The notes beneath the pieces are model-generated. The model was not told where the DNA came from, ran no database searches, and saw only the letters and a list, made by a program, of their open reading frames with translations. 64,000 bases of DNA from a candidate division FCPU426 bacterium (GTDB lineage: Bacteria > Oederibacteriota > Muellerivitia > Muellerivitales > Muellerivitaceae): contig CAWKAR010000026.1 in assembly GCA_963847625.1 (NCBI GenBank), positions 32,001 through 96,000 on the forward strand, in the 5' to 3' direction. The position numbers and the translations under genes were made by a program. Positions 40,340-49,728 of this stretch are shown piece after piece (position 1 is the stretch's first letter; the number at the start of each line of letters is the position of its first letter).

Positions 40340-41914
40340 TCAATGCTTGAAATGCCGGTAATTCGTGAAGATCATCGGGATGCCGTGCTGGTTGGCGGCC
40401 TCGATGACCTCCTTGTCCCTCACGCTCCCGCCGGTCTGGATGATGGCGGCGATGCCGGCCTTGGCGCAGGCATCCACGCTGTCCCGGAAGGGCAGCATCG
40501 CGTCCGAGGCCATCACGCTTCCCTTGCCCTTTTCCCCCGCCTGGGCGATGGCGATTTCAAGCGATCCCACCCGGTTCATCTGGCCCGCTCCCACGCCGAT
40601 GGAAACCCCGTCCTTGACCAGCACGATGGCGTTGGATTTCACGTGCTTTACGAGTTTCCAGCCGAATTCCATGTCCTTGGCCAGATTGGCAGCCGGTTGT
40701 TTCTCCGTCACCACCTTGTATTGGAACTTGTCCTCCACCACTTGGTCGAATTCCTGGACCAGAAAGCCCCCCTGGATCCGCCGCACGTGGTAGCCCTGGA
40801 CCATATCCTTCATGGTCCCCAAGCCTTCCACCGTCATGACCCGGAGGTTCTTGCGGGCCTCGAACAGCTTGAGGGCCCCCGCTTCATAAGACGGAGCTAG
40901 CATGATTTCGAAGAACCCGAGCTTTTCCAGGATAATCTTGGCGGCCTTCTCGCCCACGGGCCGGTTCACGGCCACGATGCCGCCGAAGGCGGAAACGGGG
41001 TCCGCCTCAAAAGCCTTCACGAAAGCTTCGATGATGTCCCCCGCCAAGGCCGTGCCGCAGGGGTTGGTGTGCTTGATGATGGCGGCCGCCGGTTCGTCGA
41101 ATTCCTTGACCAGCATGAGCGCGGAGTCCGCGTCCATGATGTTGTTGTAGGAAAGCTCCTTCCCCTGCAACTGCTTCCCGTTCACGATCGTGGGAAGGTT
41201 GTTCTTGCGGTCCAAATAAACCGCCGCCGGCTGGTGGGGATTTTCCCCGTAGCGCATTTCCTGAAGCTTCACTCCCGACATCGTGAAGATATCCGGCCAT
41301 TTCTTTTCCGAAAGGTTCCGGTGCAGGTACTCGTGGATCATCCCGTCGTACCGGGCGGTGGTTCCGAAGGCCTCGATGGCCAATTCCTGCCGCAGTTTGA
41401 AAGTGGTGGCCCCGTTGTTTTCCTTCATTTCCTTGATGATGTCCGCATAGCGGGCGGGGGAAACCACCACGGTCACGCTGCGGTAATTCTTGGAGGCCGA
41501 ACGGATCATGGAAGGCCCGCCGATGTCGATGTTCTCGATGGCCACGTGCAGTTCCACATTGGGCTTGGAAATGGTGGCTTCGAAGGGGTAGAGGTTCACG
41601 CAAATCAGGTCGATCGGCTTGATGTTATGCTTGGCGATCGTTTCCATGTGTTCCGGGTTGTCGCGAAGCGACAGCAATCCCCCGTGCACCACGGGATGCA
41701 GGGTCTTCACCCGCCCGTCCAGCATTTCGGGGAAGCCGGTCACCTCGGATATGTCCTTCACCGGGATTCCCGCGTCCTTGATGGCCTTGGCGGTCCCTCC
41801 GGTCGAGATCAACTCGACCCCATGGGACGCCAAAACCTTGGCGAACTCGATCAAACCCGATTTGTCCGATACGCTCAGCAACGCCCTTTTGATCTTCACC
41901 AGGTCTTCAGCCAT
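40340..41914 (-). CDS. purH: Bifunctional AICAR transformylase/IMP cyclohydrolase
   Basis: RALLSVSDK, GRVKTLHP, IDIGGP, RYGENPHQ, KHTNPCG, RHFKH. Confidence 0.98.
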   Translation of the reverse strand: MAEDLVKIKRALLSVSDKSGLIEFAKVLASHGVELISTGGTAKAIKDAGIPVKDISEVTGFPEMLDGRVKTLHPVVHGGLLSLRDNPEHMETIAKHNIKPIDLICVNLYPFEATISKPNVELHVAIENIDIGGPSMIRSASKNYRSVTVVVSPARYADIIKEMKENNGATTFKLRQELAIEAFGTTARYDGMIHEYLHRNLSEKKWPDIFTMSGVKLQEMRYGENPHQPAAVYLDRKNNLPTIVNGKQLQGKELSYNNIMDADSALMLVKEFDEPAAAIIKHTNPCGTALAGDIIEAFVKAFEADPVSAFGGIVAVNRPVGEKAAKIILEKLGFFEIMLAPSYEAGALKLFEARKNLRVMTVEGLGTMKDMVQGYHVRRIQGGFLVQEFDQVVEDKFQYKVVTEKQPAANLAKDMEFGWKLVKHVKSNAIVLVKDGVSIGVGAGQMNRVGSLEIAIAQAGEKGKGSVMASDAMLPFRDSVDACAKAGIAAIIQTGGSVRDKEVIEAANQHGIPMIFTNYRHFKH

Positions 41915-41935
41915 GTTTCCTCCATTTAATTAAGT

Positions 41936-42085
41936 TGTCATCGCGAGGAGCTGCCCCAATCGGGGCGTTTTGCGACGTGGCGACCTCAGTTAGTAGTTCG
42001 ATTAAGCTTTGTTATAGGCTTTATTAAACTGAGGTTGCTTCCTCGTCATCGTCCGCCTATTCGGCGGCCACTCGTCGCAATGACA
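41936..42085. repeat. Palindromic REP-like element (TGTCATCGCGAG...CGCAATGACA family)
   Basis: Terminal arms TGTCATCGCGA / TCGCAATGACA, inner arms ACCTCAGTT / AACTGAGGT; homologous copy at 56025-56253. Confidence 0.8.
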
Positions 42086-42128
42086 GATATTTTTTAAATC
42101 AACTCGACGTTATTTATCTATTGCTAAA

Positions 42129-42752
42129 TTAAAACAAAACCTTCACTCTGCCGTCATCCACCTTGATCTTTCCCTCGCAGAACAGCCTCACCGCCTCGGG
42201 ATAAATTTGGTGTTCGACTTGCAATACCCTTTGGGCCAGGGTTTCGAGCGTGTCGTTCGACAAAACCTTCACGCTTCCCTGCAAAATGATGGGCCCCGCG
42301 TCCACCCCCTCCGTCACGAAATGAACCGTTGCCCCCGATTCCTTCTCCTTGGCCGCCAAGACCGCCTCGTGCACGTGGTGGCCGTACATTCCCTGCCCGC
42401 CGAACTTGGGCAAGAGGGCCGGATGGATGTTCATTATTCGGTATGGGAAAGCTTTCACCATGACGGGAGTCAGTATCCTCATATAACCCGCCAGGCAGAC
42501 GAGGTCGATCTTCTTGGCTTGGCAGATTCTCAGGATTTCCCGGTCATAATCCTCCCGGGTTCCCTTGAAATCCTTGCTGGGAATGGAAATAGCCTCAATC
42601 TGGTGGTATTCCGCCCTTTCCAGGGCCTTGGCATCGGGAACGTTCGAGAAAACCAGGCTGATCCGGCCGTTGATGTTTCCCGCTTCCTGGGAATCGATCA
42701 AGGCCTGAAGATTGGTACCTCCGCCGGAAACCAATACCGCGATTCGAATCAA
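42129..42752 (-). CDS. purN: Phosphoribosylglycinamide formyltransferase
   Basis: VLVSGGGTNLQA, LAGYMRIL, NIHPALLP, SGATVHFV, DAGPII. Confidence 0.98.
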   Translation of the reverse strand: MIRIAVLVSGGGTNLQALIDSQEAGNINGRISLVFSNVPDAKALERAEYHQIEAISIPSKDFKGTREDYDREILRICQAKKIDLVCLAGYMRILTPVMVKAFPYRIMNIHPALLPKFGGQGMYGHHVHEAVLAAKEKESGATVHFVTEGVDAGPIILQGSVKVLSNDTLETLAQRVLQVEHQIYPEAVRLFCEGKIKVDDGRVKVLF

Positions 42753-42815
42753 TTGAACCCCCCATTAACCAAGCCCGCCAAAACTCGTGTTGGGTATTTT
42801 TTCAGTCATCTCTTC

Positions 42816-44822
42816 TTATAAGTGTTGGTTTGCGGCTTCTAAGCTCTTCAAGTTGGCCAGGGCTTCCTTATTCTCCGGGTCTAAATCCAAAACCCTTTTG
42901 TAAAGACCTGCCGCTTCCGGCGCCCGGCGCGACATCACCAGGCAATTCGCCTCATCCACCAGCGTAGGAACGCAGGTAGGATAATCCAAAACCAATTTTT
43001 GATATACGGGCAAAGCGTCCGGATACTTCTTGAGGTCCGCCAGTTTCCGGGCCTTTTGGTACTCCGGAAGGCGGAAGACCAGAACCGGATCGAGGCTGAC
43101 CGCCCTTTTCATTTCCGCCGAGGCCTCATCCAAGCGGTTCAACTTTTCCAGGACATCGGCTTTCTTGTAGTGGAGAAGGACGTAATCTGGCGCATTCTTA
43201 CCCACGGCCTGGAAATCCGCCAAGGCCAGCTCCAAATCACCGGCCTGGCCCCGGTTGGCGTAAGCGGACCCTTGAAAATACCTGGCGGTCAGGTTTTCCG
43301 GTTCCAACGTGAGGACCTGGCTGTAGGCCCAAATAGCGTCCTCCCACTTCCCGGCTTCGGAAAGCTTTTCCGCCGTTTTCAATTCAACATCCGCGCCCTG
43401 GCTTTGGAAAGACCACGATAATTGCATCAAGGAAAGAAGCGCGATCGTGGCGGCGAAGGGCAGGATAAAAACCTTCCATTTCGTCACGTCAAACAGCCTG
43501 CAGCGTATTGGAAAGCCCGCCAGGTGGTAAAACCTCTGGGACAAACCCACCGGCATGGCGGCGAAGAAAAGCAAAGGCACCAGGGTGGAGGGCAGAAAGC
43601 TGTTAAGGTCGAATAGATTGTCGACGGCCACCCCCGCGAACAGCGCGAAAGCACCCGCCCCCAGCGCCCGGGGGATGGCTTTGGCCGAGTAAAGCCGCCA
43701 CCATTGGGATAGGACGTACCAGCCAAATAGCAGGAGCAGGGCCAACCCGACCACGCCGGTTTCAGCCGTCCATTCCAGAATCCAGTTATGCGCGTGGTTG
43801 ACCTCGTAGCTTCTCTCGGTTTGCCACATCATGAGCGAGAGGGGCCGGTAAGGGGGAAAAGCCGTGCCGAAAGCCCCGAACCCGACACCCATGATGGGAT
43901 GGTCCTTGATCATTTCCACGGTTCCCTTCCAAACTTCCTGCCGGAACTTGATGGATTGGCCTTGGGGATTCTTCAATTCCACGGCTACGCGGCCGGCCGA
44001 CAGGGTCAAAAGCCCGGCCAGGCATAGGCCGCCGATGATTAAATAAACCTTGTTTTTCCTCAGTTTGTCCCTGTCCATTCCCTTGAATAAAAAAAAGAAG
44101 AGGAACACCAAGAGCCCGGCGTAAAAACCGATAATCCCCGCCTTGCTTCCCGTCCAAATCAAAGCCAGGAAACTCACCAGGGTCAGGGACAACCAAAGGA
44201 TCTTGGTGCTGGGTTGCGCGGCCTTGAAGTACAGGGCCAAAGCGATGGGCCAAACCATTAATAGGTACCCGGCCAGGAAGTCGGGGTTCCCCAATCCGGC
44301 TGTGACCCTTCCATGGAATTGCTCCTGGACGATCTGCAGCCAGACGCCCCCGCCCGCCCCGAATGCCTGCAACACGGCCCAAAGGGCTGTCACCAGGGCG
44401 CTCACGAGAAAAACGATCAGAATGTTCTCGGCCTTCCATAACTCGAAACACACCAATGTCACCAATAGGTACCAAATGGGAAAACAAGCCCCATCCATCA
44501 GGGCGGTCCATCCCACCTTGTAATAGGGGGAAAGATGTATGGAAAGGGCGATCCAAGCCACCAAGGCCAGGAGAGGCAAAAAGGCGTTGGTCCAAACCAA
44601 GACCACACGGCCCGTCAGGGATACCTTCAGGGTCCAGGCCGCCAGGATGAGGGCAACCATGACTTGGGCCAGGGCCAGCTTGGGATGGATGGGGTCCGCG
44701 CCCTCGGTTTGGGTGAGGAAAGGAAGAATCGCGATGAAAAGGACCGAGAGGAAGATGGGAGCACGGTCCAGGGCCAGAGCCCAGCCGTTCACCTTCATCA
44801 TGGGTTGTTGGGTTTGTTCCAT
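42816..44822 (-). CDS. O-antigen ligase/O-oligosaccharyltransferase-like membrane protein with C-terminal TPRs
   Basis: GNPDFLAGYL, TGSKAG, R..VW...EMIKDHPIMGVGFG, HAHNWILE...ETGVVG; TPR helices at the C-terminus. Confidence 0.85.
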   Translation of the reverse strand: MEQTQQPMMKVNGWALALDRAPIFLSVLFIAILPFLTQTEGADPIHPKLALAQVMVALILAAWTLKVSLTGRVVLVWTNAFLPLLALVAWIALSIHLSPYYKVGWTALMDGACFPIWYLLVTLVCFELWKAENILIVFLVSALVTALWAVLQAFGAGGGVWLQIVQEQFHGRVTAGLGNPDFLAGYLLMVWPIALALYFKAAQPSTKILWLSLTLVSFLALIWTGSKAGIIGFYAGLLVFLFFFLFKGMDRDKLRKNKVYLIIGGLCLAGLLTLSAGRVAVELKNPQGQSIKFRQEVWKGTVEMIKDHPIMGVGFGAFGTAFPPYRPLSLMMWQTERSYEVNHAHNWILEWTAETGVVGLALLLLFGWYVLSQWWRLYSAKAIPRALGAGAFALFAGVAVDNLFDLNSFLPSTLVPLLFFAAMPVGLSQRFYHLAGFPIRCRLFDVTKWKVFILPFAATIALLSLMQLSWSFQSQGADVELKTAEKLSEAGKWEDAIWAYSQVLTLEPENLTARYFQGSAYANRGQAGDLELALADFQAVGKNAPDYVLLHYKKADVLEKLNRLDEASAEMKRAVSLDPVLVFRLPEYQKARKLADLKKYPDALPVYQKLVLDYPTCVPTLVDEANCLVMSRRAPEAAGLYKRVLDLDPENKEALANLKSLEAANQHL

Positions 44823-44905
44823 GGTTTCTCCAAGAGGGACATTTTAGCCTCAATTCGGAAAAACGGAGGGGATTTTAAAGCCTACGGAGAAGACAAAAGC
44901 AATTA

Positions 44906-45071
44906 GCCATGGATGCACGAGATGAATGGGATGGATTCACAACACCATTAAAACTTTAAGAAATTTTTCTCAGAAAATCTTTAAACGATTTTATTGATTT
45001 GGAATTAACCAATGAATCCCAAGCATACCGAACTTCCATAACTACTTTTGGTGAATCGGCACATCCGTGGC
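44906..45071. repeat. Palindromic REP-like element (CCAC(A/G)GAT family)
   Basis: GCCATGGATGCACGAGATGAATGGGAT ... GAATCGGCACATCCGTGGC. Confidence 0.6.
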
Positions 45072-45100
45072 AAATAGATTTTTGGTGGGATTTTCAAAGT

Positions 45101-46138
45101 TTAAACGAATTCAACGCCTTTTTTGCCCTTGATGACTTCCCCGACCACGCGCGGGTAGGCGCCGTTTTTGCGGAGCTTCTTGATGGCCTTTTCGGCCTTC
45201 TTGGCGCTGACGATCAAGATCATTCCCAAACCCATATTGAAGGTCCGGTAGGCATCCTCTTTGGGCACGTTCCCCTTTTTGATCAGCCATTCCATGATGG
45301 GAAGTACCCGCCAGGAACCTTCCTTGAAGCGGATGCGGCAGCCCTCGGGCAAAACCCTGGGCGGGTTGTCGATCAGGCCCCCGCCGGTGATGTGGGCCAT
45401 AGCCTTGATGTTCACCTCGGACAGGACGGGATAGATTTCCCGGAAATAGGATTTGTGGGGAATCAGCAGGATATCCCCGATGACACCCTTAAGTTCCGGC
45501 ACGCGGTCGGTAAACTTCAGTCCGGCTATTTCGGTCACTATTTTTCGGGCCAGGGAATAGCCATTCGTGTGAAGCGACACCGAAGGAAGTCCGATGCAAA
45601 CGTCGCCCGGTTTGACCTCATCCCCCCGGATGATCTTCTTCTTTTCCACGACACCCACGATTGTCCCCGCGATGTCATAGTCCCCTTCCTTGTAAACCGA
45701 CGGCATTTCGGCGGTTTCGCCGCCGATCAGGGCCACGCCCGCCTTTTGGCATTCTTCCGCCATGCCGGAGACGATTTCAGCCACCACGGAAGGGTTTAAT
45801 TTCCCCGACGCGATGTAATCCAGGAAAAACAGGGGCTTGGCGCCCTGAACCAGGATGTCGTTGATGGAATGGCCCACCATGTCGCGGCCCAGGTTCCTGT
45901 ACTTGCCCATGGCCACACCGATCAGGGTTTTGGTTCCTACTCCGTCGGTAGACGAGACCAGAACCGGCTTTTTGTAGTCCTTGGCTTTGAATTCATAGAG
46001 CCCGCCGAACAAGCCGATATCGGAGAGAACCGAGGAATTGAAGGTCCGCTTGACGAGGCTTTTTATCCGCCGGACGGTCTCGTTGCCCTTCTCAATGTTG
46101 ACCCCAGCGTCCTTGTAGCTGACTTGTGCCAATTTCAT
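45101..46138 (-). CDS. purM: AIR synthetase
   Basis: YKDAGVNI, TDGVGTK, PLFFLDY, GGETAEMP, HTNGYSL, HITGGG, TFNMG. Confidence 0.98.
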   Translation of the reverse strand: MKLAQVSYKDAGVNIEKGNETVRRIKSLVKRTFNSSVLSDIGLFGGLYEFKAKDYKKPVLVSSTDGVGTKTLIGVAMGKYRNLGRDMVGHSINDILVQGAKPLFFLDYIASGKLNPSVVAEIVSGMAEECQKAGVALIGGETAEMPSVYKEGDYDIAGTIVGVVEKKKIIRGDEVKPGDVCIGLPSVSLHTNGYSLARKIVTEIAGLKFTDRVPELKGVIGDILLIPHKSYFREIYPVLSEVNIKAMAHITGGGLIDNPPRVLPEGCRIRFKEGSWRVLPIMEWLIKKGNVPKEDAYRTFNMGLGMILIVSAKKAEKAIKKLRKNGAYPRVVGEVIKGKKGVEFV

Positions 46139-46209
46139 CTCCTATATAAGTTTTAGGAAGTGGTTATTCTGACTTGAGAGCGGTTCATTTTCCACATATT
46201 TGGTGTTAA

Positions 46210-46446
46210 TTATACAGTTCGGTCAAATCCGGAAGATTTTTCAGGTTGTGCCGGAGGGGAAGAATCAGGTTTCTGAGTTTCGCCATTTGAATTGATAAAC
46301 TCATCCAGTTCCTTGCGATTGCGGTGCAAAAGGTTGAACAAATACCGGGAGTATTGCGTAAAACGCCGGCGGCGCGCACCTACAATACTGGCAGGAGGCG
46401 AAGAAGTAACCGGATCAACCGGAGGAAACGGATCATCTTCCGACAT
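46210..46446 (-). CDS. Small hypothetical protein (paralogue of 48013-48252)
   Basis: GAGGTG RBS; shares DP..P.DPV N-terminus and SSGFD C-terminus with the second copy. Confidence 0.65.
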   Translation of the reverse strand: MSEDDPFPPVDPVTSSPPASIVGARRRRFTQYSRYLFNLLHRNRKELDEFINSNGETQKPDSSPPAQPEKSSGFDRTV

Positions 46447-46591
46447 CTAAGCACCTCAGCTTGGAATTCAGCGGTTTTGAGTAGTTACGACTACAAAGTA
46501 AACCCTTTCTACTCTAAAATCAAACCCTTGCCGGCAATCGCGAAAGTTATGTAATCATGATTCAATACTTCTTCTTTTAGGAGAATGAATT

Positions 46592-47944
46592 TTGACCCGT
46601 TTGAACAAGCTCACAAGATTCCTTCTGTTATGCGGGGTTACCTTTGGCCTTTGGGCTTTATCCCACGCGCAAAACGCCCAGGAAACCCCGTCCAAGGATG
46701 TTTCCAGCCTGCGTCAATTCGCCTATGGAAAATCCGGCGAATGGCTTTATGAAAGCCTTCAAACCATCCACCTCCCCAAAACCCGCCCTTTGAGATTGAC
46801 TGAGAGAAGATTCACCCTTCCCGTGGATTGGAACCTCCAAACCCGTGAAAACAAGGAAGGATTTCCTTTTTCCAGCCTCCGCGCCGTGGATTATTCCCTC
46901 AATTCCAAATCGGCGACCGCCTACCTTGCCGGATTCAAGACGAAATATTACTCAAATGCCGGCAACCTCTTTGACCAATATGAAAACCGCCTCAAGATTT
47001 CCAAACATCTGACCTCCGGGCAGAAAAAAATCATCCTGGAGCAAGACGACCAAATGAGAGACCGCTCGATGGTTTTTTACCTCGCCTTCAAAAGAACCCA
47101 GGTACAGTTCGTTTATTACCCCGGCAAAATCCAGTTCAAGGGCGGCGACCGGGATCATATGGAAAAATGGCTCACCGACGTGCCGGAGGATATTCGGAAA
47201 GGGGTTAGGAAAGATTATGCCTTGATCCAGGACTCCCACGGTCTTCTTTCCATCTTCAACGGGACTTTTGAAAGTATCGACAATTTCGTGAAGTGGAATG
47301 AACCGGGCGGGGCCAGGCGGTATGGCGGGTTGGGATACGATTTCACAACGTTGAAAGAACCCCAGGATGAAATGGCCACCTTCGCCTTATATAAGAAAGG
47401 CCGAGTGGCGTTGGGGACTTATAAAAACCTTCCCCAGAAAGAAGAAATCCGCACATTCGTGCAAAACAGGTTCATGGTCATAGAAAACGGAAAACTCGCC
47501 AAGGATGCCGATCCCGACGCCTTCTGTGAGTTCCATGACAATATCGCCCGTTCCTATCTATTCACTGATAAGTACAACCGGATCGGCTACATCTGGACGA
47601 TGTACACCCCGGCCAACGTGCTGGCGCCCATCGCGCTGAAAATGGGCATTGAAAACATGATGCTATTGGATATCCACGCCCCCGTGAGTTGTTCCATTGC
47701 CGACCCTGCCGGGCCTTTGGTCTTTTCCACATGGCGGGACTACATGAACCGGTCCATCGACTTGGTGCCGAATTTCTTCAAGCTCTCTCCCATGAAATCC
47801 TCGATCACCTGGCTATCCACCGCGTTGCAGAGCCGGATCCAATCGCATTATTCCAAGGAGGCGTTCGAACTGGGTTCCGAGTCTTATTTCGGTGTTTTCC
47901 TGAGGGGTTCGCCCGAGGCGAAACGAATGAGGGAGATACCTTAA
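46592..47944 (+). CDS. Exported hypothetical protein, possibly phosphodiester glycosidase-like C-terminus
   Basis: Signal peptide, AGGAG RBS. QNRFMVIENG...ARSY...GIENMMLLDI weakly resembles NAGPA-like proteins. Confidence 0.6.
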   Translation: MTRLNKLTRFLLLCGVTFGLWALSHAQNAQETPSKDVSSLRQFAYGKSGEWLYESLQTIHLPKTRPLRLTERRFTLPVDWNLQTRENKEGFPFSSLRAVDYSLNSKSATAYLAGFKTKYYSNAGNLFDQYENRLKISKHLTSGQKKIILEQDDQMRDRSMVFYLAFKRTQVQFVYYPGKIQFKGGDRDHMEKWLTDVPEDIRKGVRKDYALIQDSHGLLSIFNGTFESIDNFVKWNEPGGARRYGGLGYDFTTLKEPQDEMATFALYKKGRVALGTYKNLPQKEEIRTFVQNRFMVIENGKLAKDADPDAFCEFHDNIARSYLFTDKYNRIGYIWTMYTPANVLAPIALKMGIENMMLLDIHAPVSCSIADPAGPLVFSTWRDYMNRSIDLVPNFFKLSPMKSSITWLSTALQSRIQSHYSKEAFELGSESYFGVFLRGSPEAKRMREIP

Positions 47945-48012
47945 ACATCACGATAAAGTTAATTCTTACTTTTCTTTTTGGGTTTAATTCTCAGAGATTC
48001 CGGTAATCATTT

Positions 48013-48252
48013 TCAGGCCTCGACGTCAAATCCCGAGGAAGGCCCATCCCCATGGGAATCAGGAGGCCGGTTGGACTGATTTCCCTCTTTTATCCTTCTT
48101 TCCTTCCTCAGCTTCCGCCGGCGCATGATCATCTGGTACCGAAGGTACCGGGCCAAGGGGCGCAGGGGTCGAAGGATAAAATCCCTGGCATTACGGTTGG
48201 GATCGGAATTCGCGACCGGGTCAATGGGTGTGATGGGATCTTCGTGGGGCAA
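48013..48252 (-). CDS. Small hypothetical protein (paralogue of 46210-46446)
   Basis: GAGGTG RBS before TTG; EDPITPIDPV, Arg-rich core, SSGFDVEA. Confidence 0.65.
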   Translation of the reverse strand: MPHEDPITPIDPVANSDPNRNARDFILRPLRPLARYLRYQMIMRRRKLRKERRIKEGNQSNRPPDSHGDGPSSGFDVEA

Positions 48253-48399
48253 ACGACACCTCGCTGCTCTTCGTCATGGATAAACATCACTGACACCGTC
48301 AATTGTAACATCGGAATCTGATTTTCCTCCATTTACAAAACCCAGTCCCAGGGCTAAATTAACCCGACGAATTATTCCGATGAATTCGAAGGAACAACC

Positions 48400-49662
48400 T
48401 TGGCCGAGAAAAACCCCAACCTGAAATGGACGGTCATCTACCTGGTTGTTTGTTTCCTTCCGGTCCTAGCGTTTTTCCTTTCCACCCAAGCGGCCGGGAT
48501 CATTCACCACCGGGTGGTGAATAATTACCTGATTTACGCCCCGGATTTATGCCTTCTTTTAGTGGCCATCCTGGGCTGGCAGATCAATCAAACCCGCGCT
48601 TTCTGGGCCTCCCTGGCCCTTTGGGGGCTGTACCACTACCTGCTCCAACCCACCTCCTTATTCGCGTTGGAAACGACCAGGGTCAAGTCCTTCGAGATCA
48701 CCGCGGTGGCCTTTCCCCTTTTCCTGGCCATTCTTTTCTCGATCAAGGAAAGCAAGCTTTTCAGCGACCAAACCCTGACCCGCCTTCTCCTGGCCCTATG
48801 CCCCTTCATTTTCCTCACGGCCCTTTACGCATGGGCTCCCGACATCCCCCCAAAAGTCTTTTTCTGGAACATCCTTTCGAGCAAGTTCGCAGTCTGGCCC
48901 GATGTCACCCTTCTTTCCCTGGCCATCCTGGGTCTGGTCTTTTTTTTCATGGATGACGCCAAGATCAAGCCGTTCTTGACCGCCATCCTCACCACCCTGA
49001 TCCCGCTTTACCTGGCCCTCTACGTGAGCCTCATCCCGGGGGCGGTCACCCTGAAAACCGATTCTTCCTTCCATGTGATCCTTTCCATGACCGCCCTTTC
49101 GGCGGTCCTGCTCCATTCCATCCTCCATACCTATTGGCGCCGGGTGTACCTGGACGCCTTGACTGGCATCCCGAACCGACAGGCCCTGGATGAGCGGCTC
49201 CACACCCTGAGCGGAGCCTATGCCCTGGCCATGGTGGACATCGACCACTTCAAGAAGTTCAACGACACCTACGGCCACGAGGAGGGGGATAACGTCCTGA
49301 GGATGGTGGCCCAGCACTTACAGAGCCACCTGGGCCCCAAGGCCTTCCGCTACGGGGGTGAGGAATTTTGCGTGGTTTTCGAGGGAGTTGAGACCGCTGG
49401 AGCCGAAAAACTCATGGAGGAGACACGGGAGGGGTTGGAAAAAAGGAAGTTCACGATCCGGGCCCGCCGGCGACGCAAGGGCGAGAGCGAACGGGCTTTC
49501 AAGGCCAGGGATGGAGGATCATCCCCCAAGATCACGATCAGCGTGGGGGTCGCCCTGGCGGGAGCCAAAACCACCTCCTCCCACCAGGTCATCAAGAAGG
49601 CCGACCAAGCCCTTTACCAGGCCAAGGACAGGGGACGCAACCGCATCGTCATGGCGGAATAA
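48400..49662 (+). CDS. Membrane-bound diguanylate cyclase
   Basis: About 8 TM segments, DALTGIPNR, DIDHFKKFNDTYGH, RYGGEEF, ADQALYQAKDRGRNR. Confidence 0.93.
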   Translation: MAEKNPNLKWTVIYLVVCFLPVLAFFLSTQAAGIIHHRVVNNYLIYAPDLCLLLVAILGWQINQTRAFWASLALWGLYHYLLQPTSLFALETTRVKSFEITAVAFPLFLAILFSIKESKLFSDQTLTRLLLALCPFIFLTALYAWAPDIPPKVFFWNILSSKFAVWPDVTLLSLAILGLVFFFMDDAKIKPFLTAILTTLIPLYLALYVSLIPGAVTLKTDSSFHVILSMTALSAVLLHSILHTYWRRVYLDALTGIPNRQALDERLHTLSGAYALAMVDIDHFKKFNDTYGHEEGDNVLRMVAQHLQSHLGPKAFRYGGEEFCVVFEGVETAGAEKLMEETREGLEKRKFTIRARRRRKGESERAFKARDGGSSPKITISVGVALAGAKTTSSHQVIKKADQALYQAKDRGRNRIVMAE

Positions 49663-49728
49663 CTGAATTTTCCCATTAATAGTTTTTAAGCAGGAATTAT
49701 CTTAGAAAAGTTTGATCCCGGAAAATCT

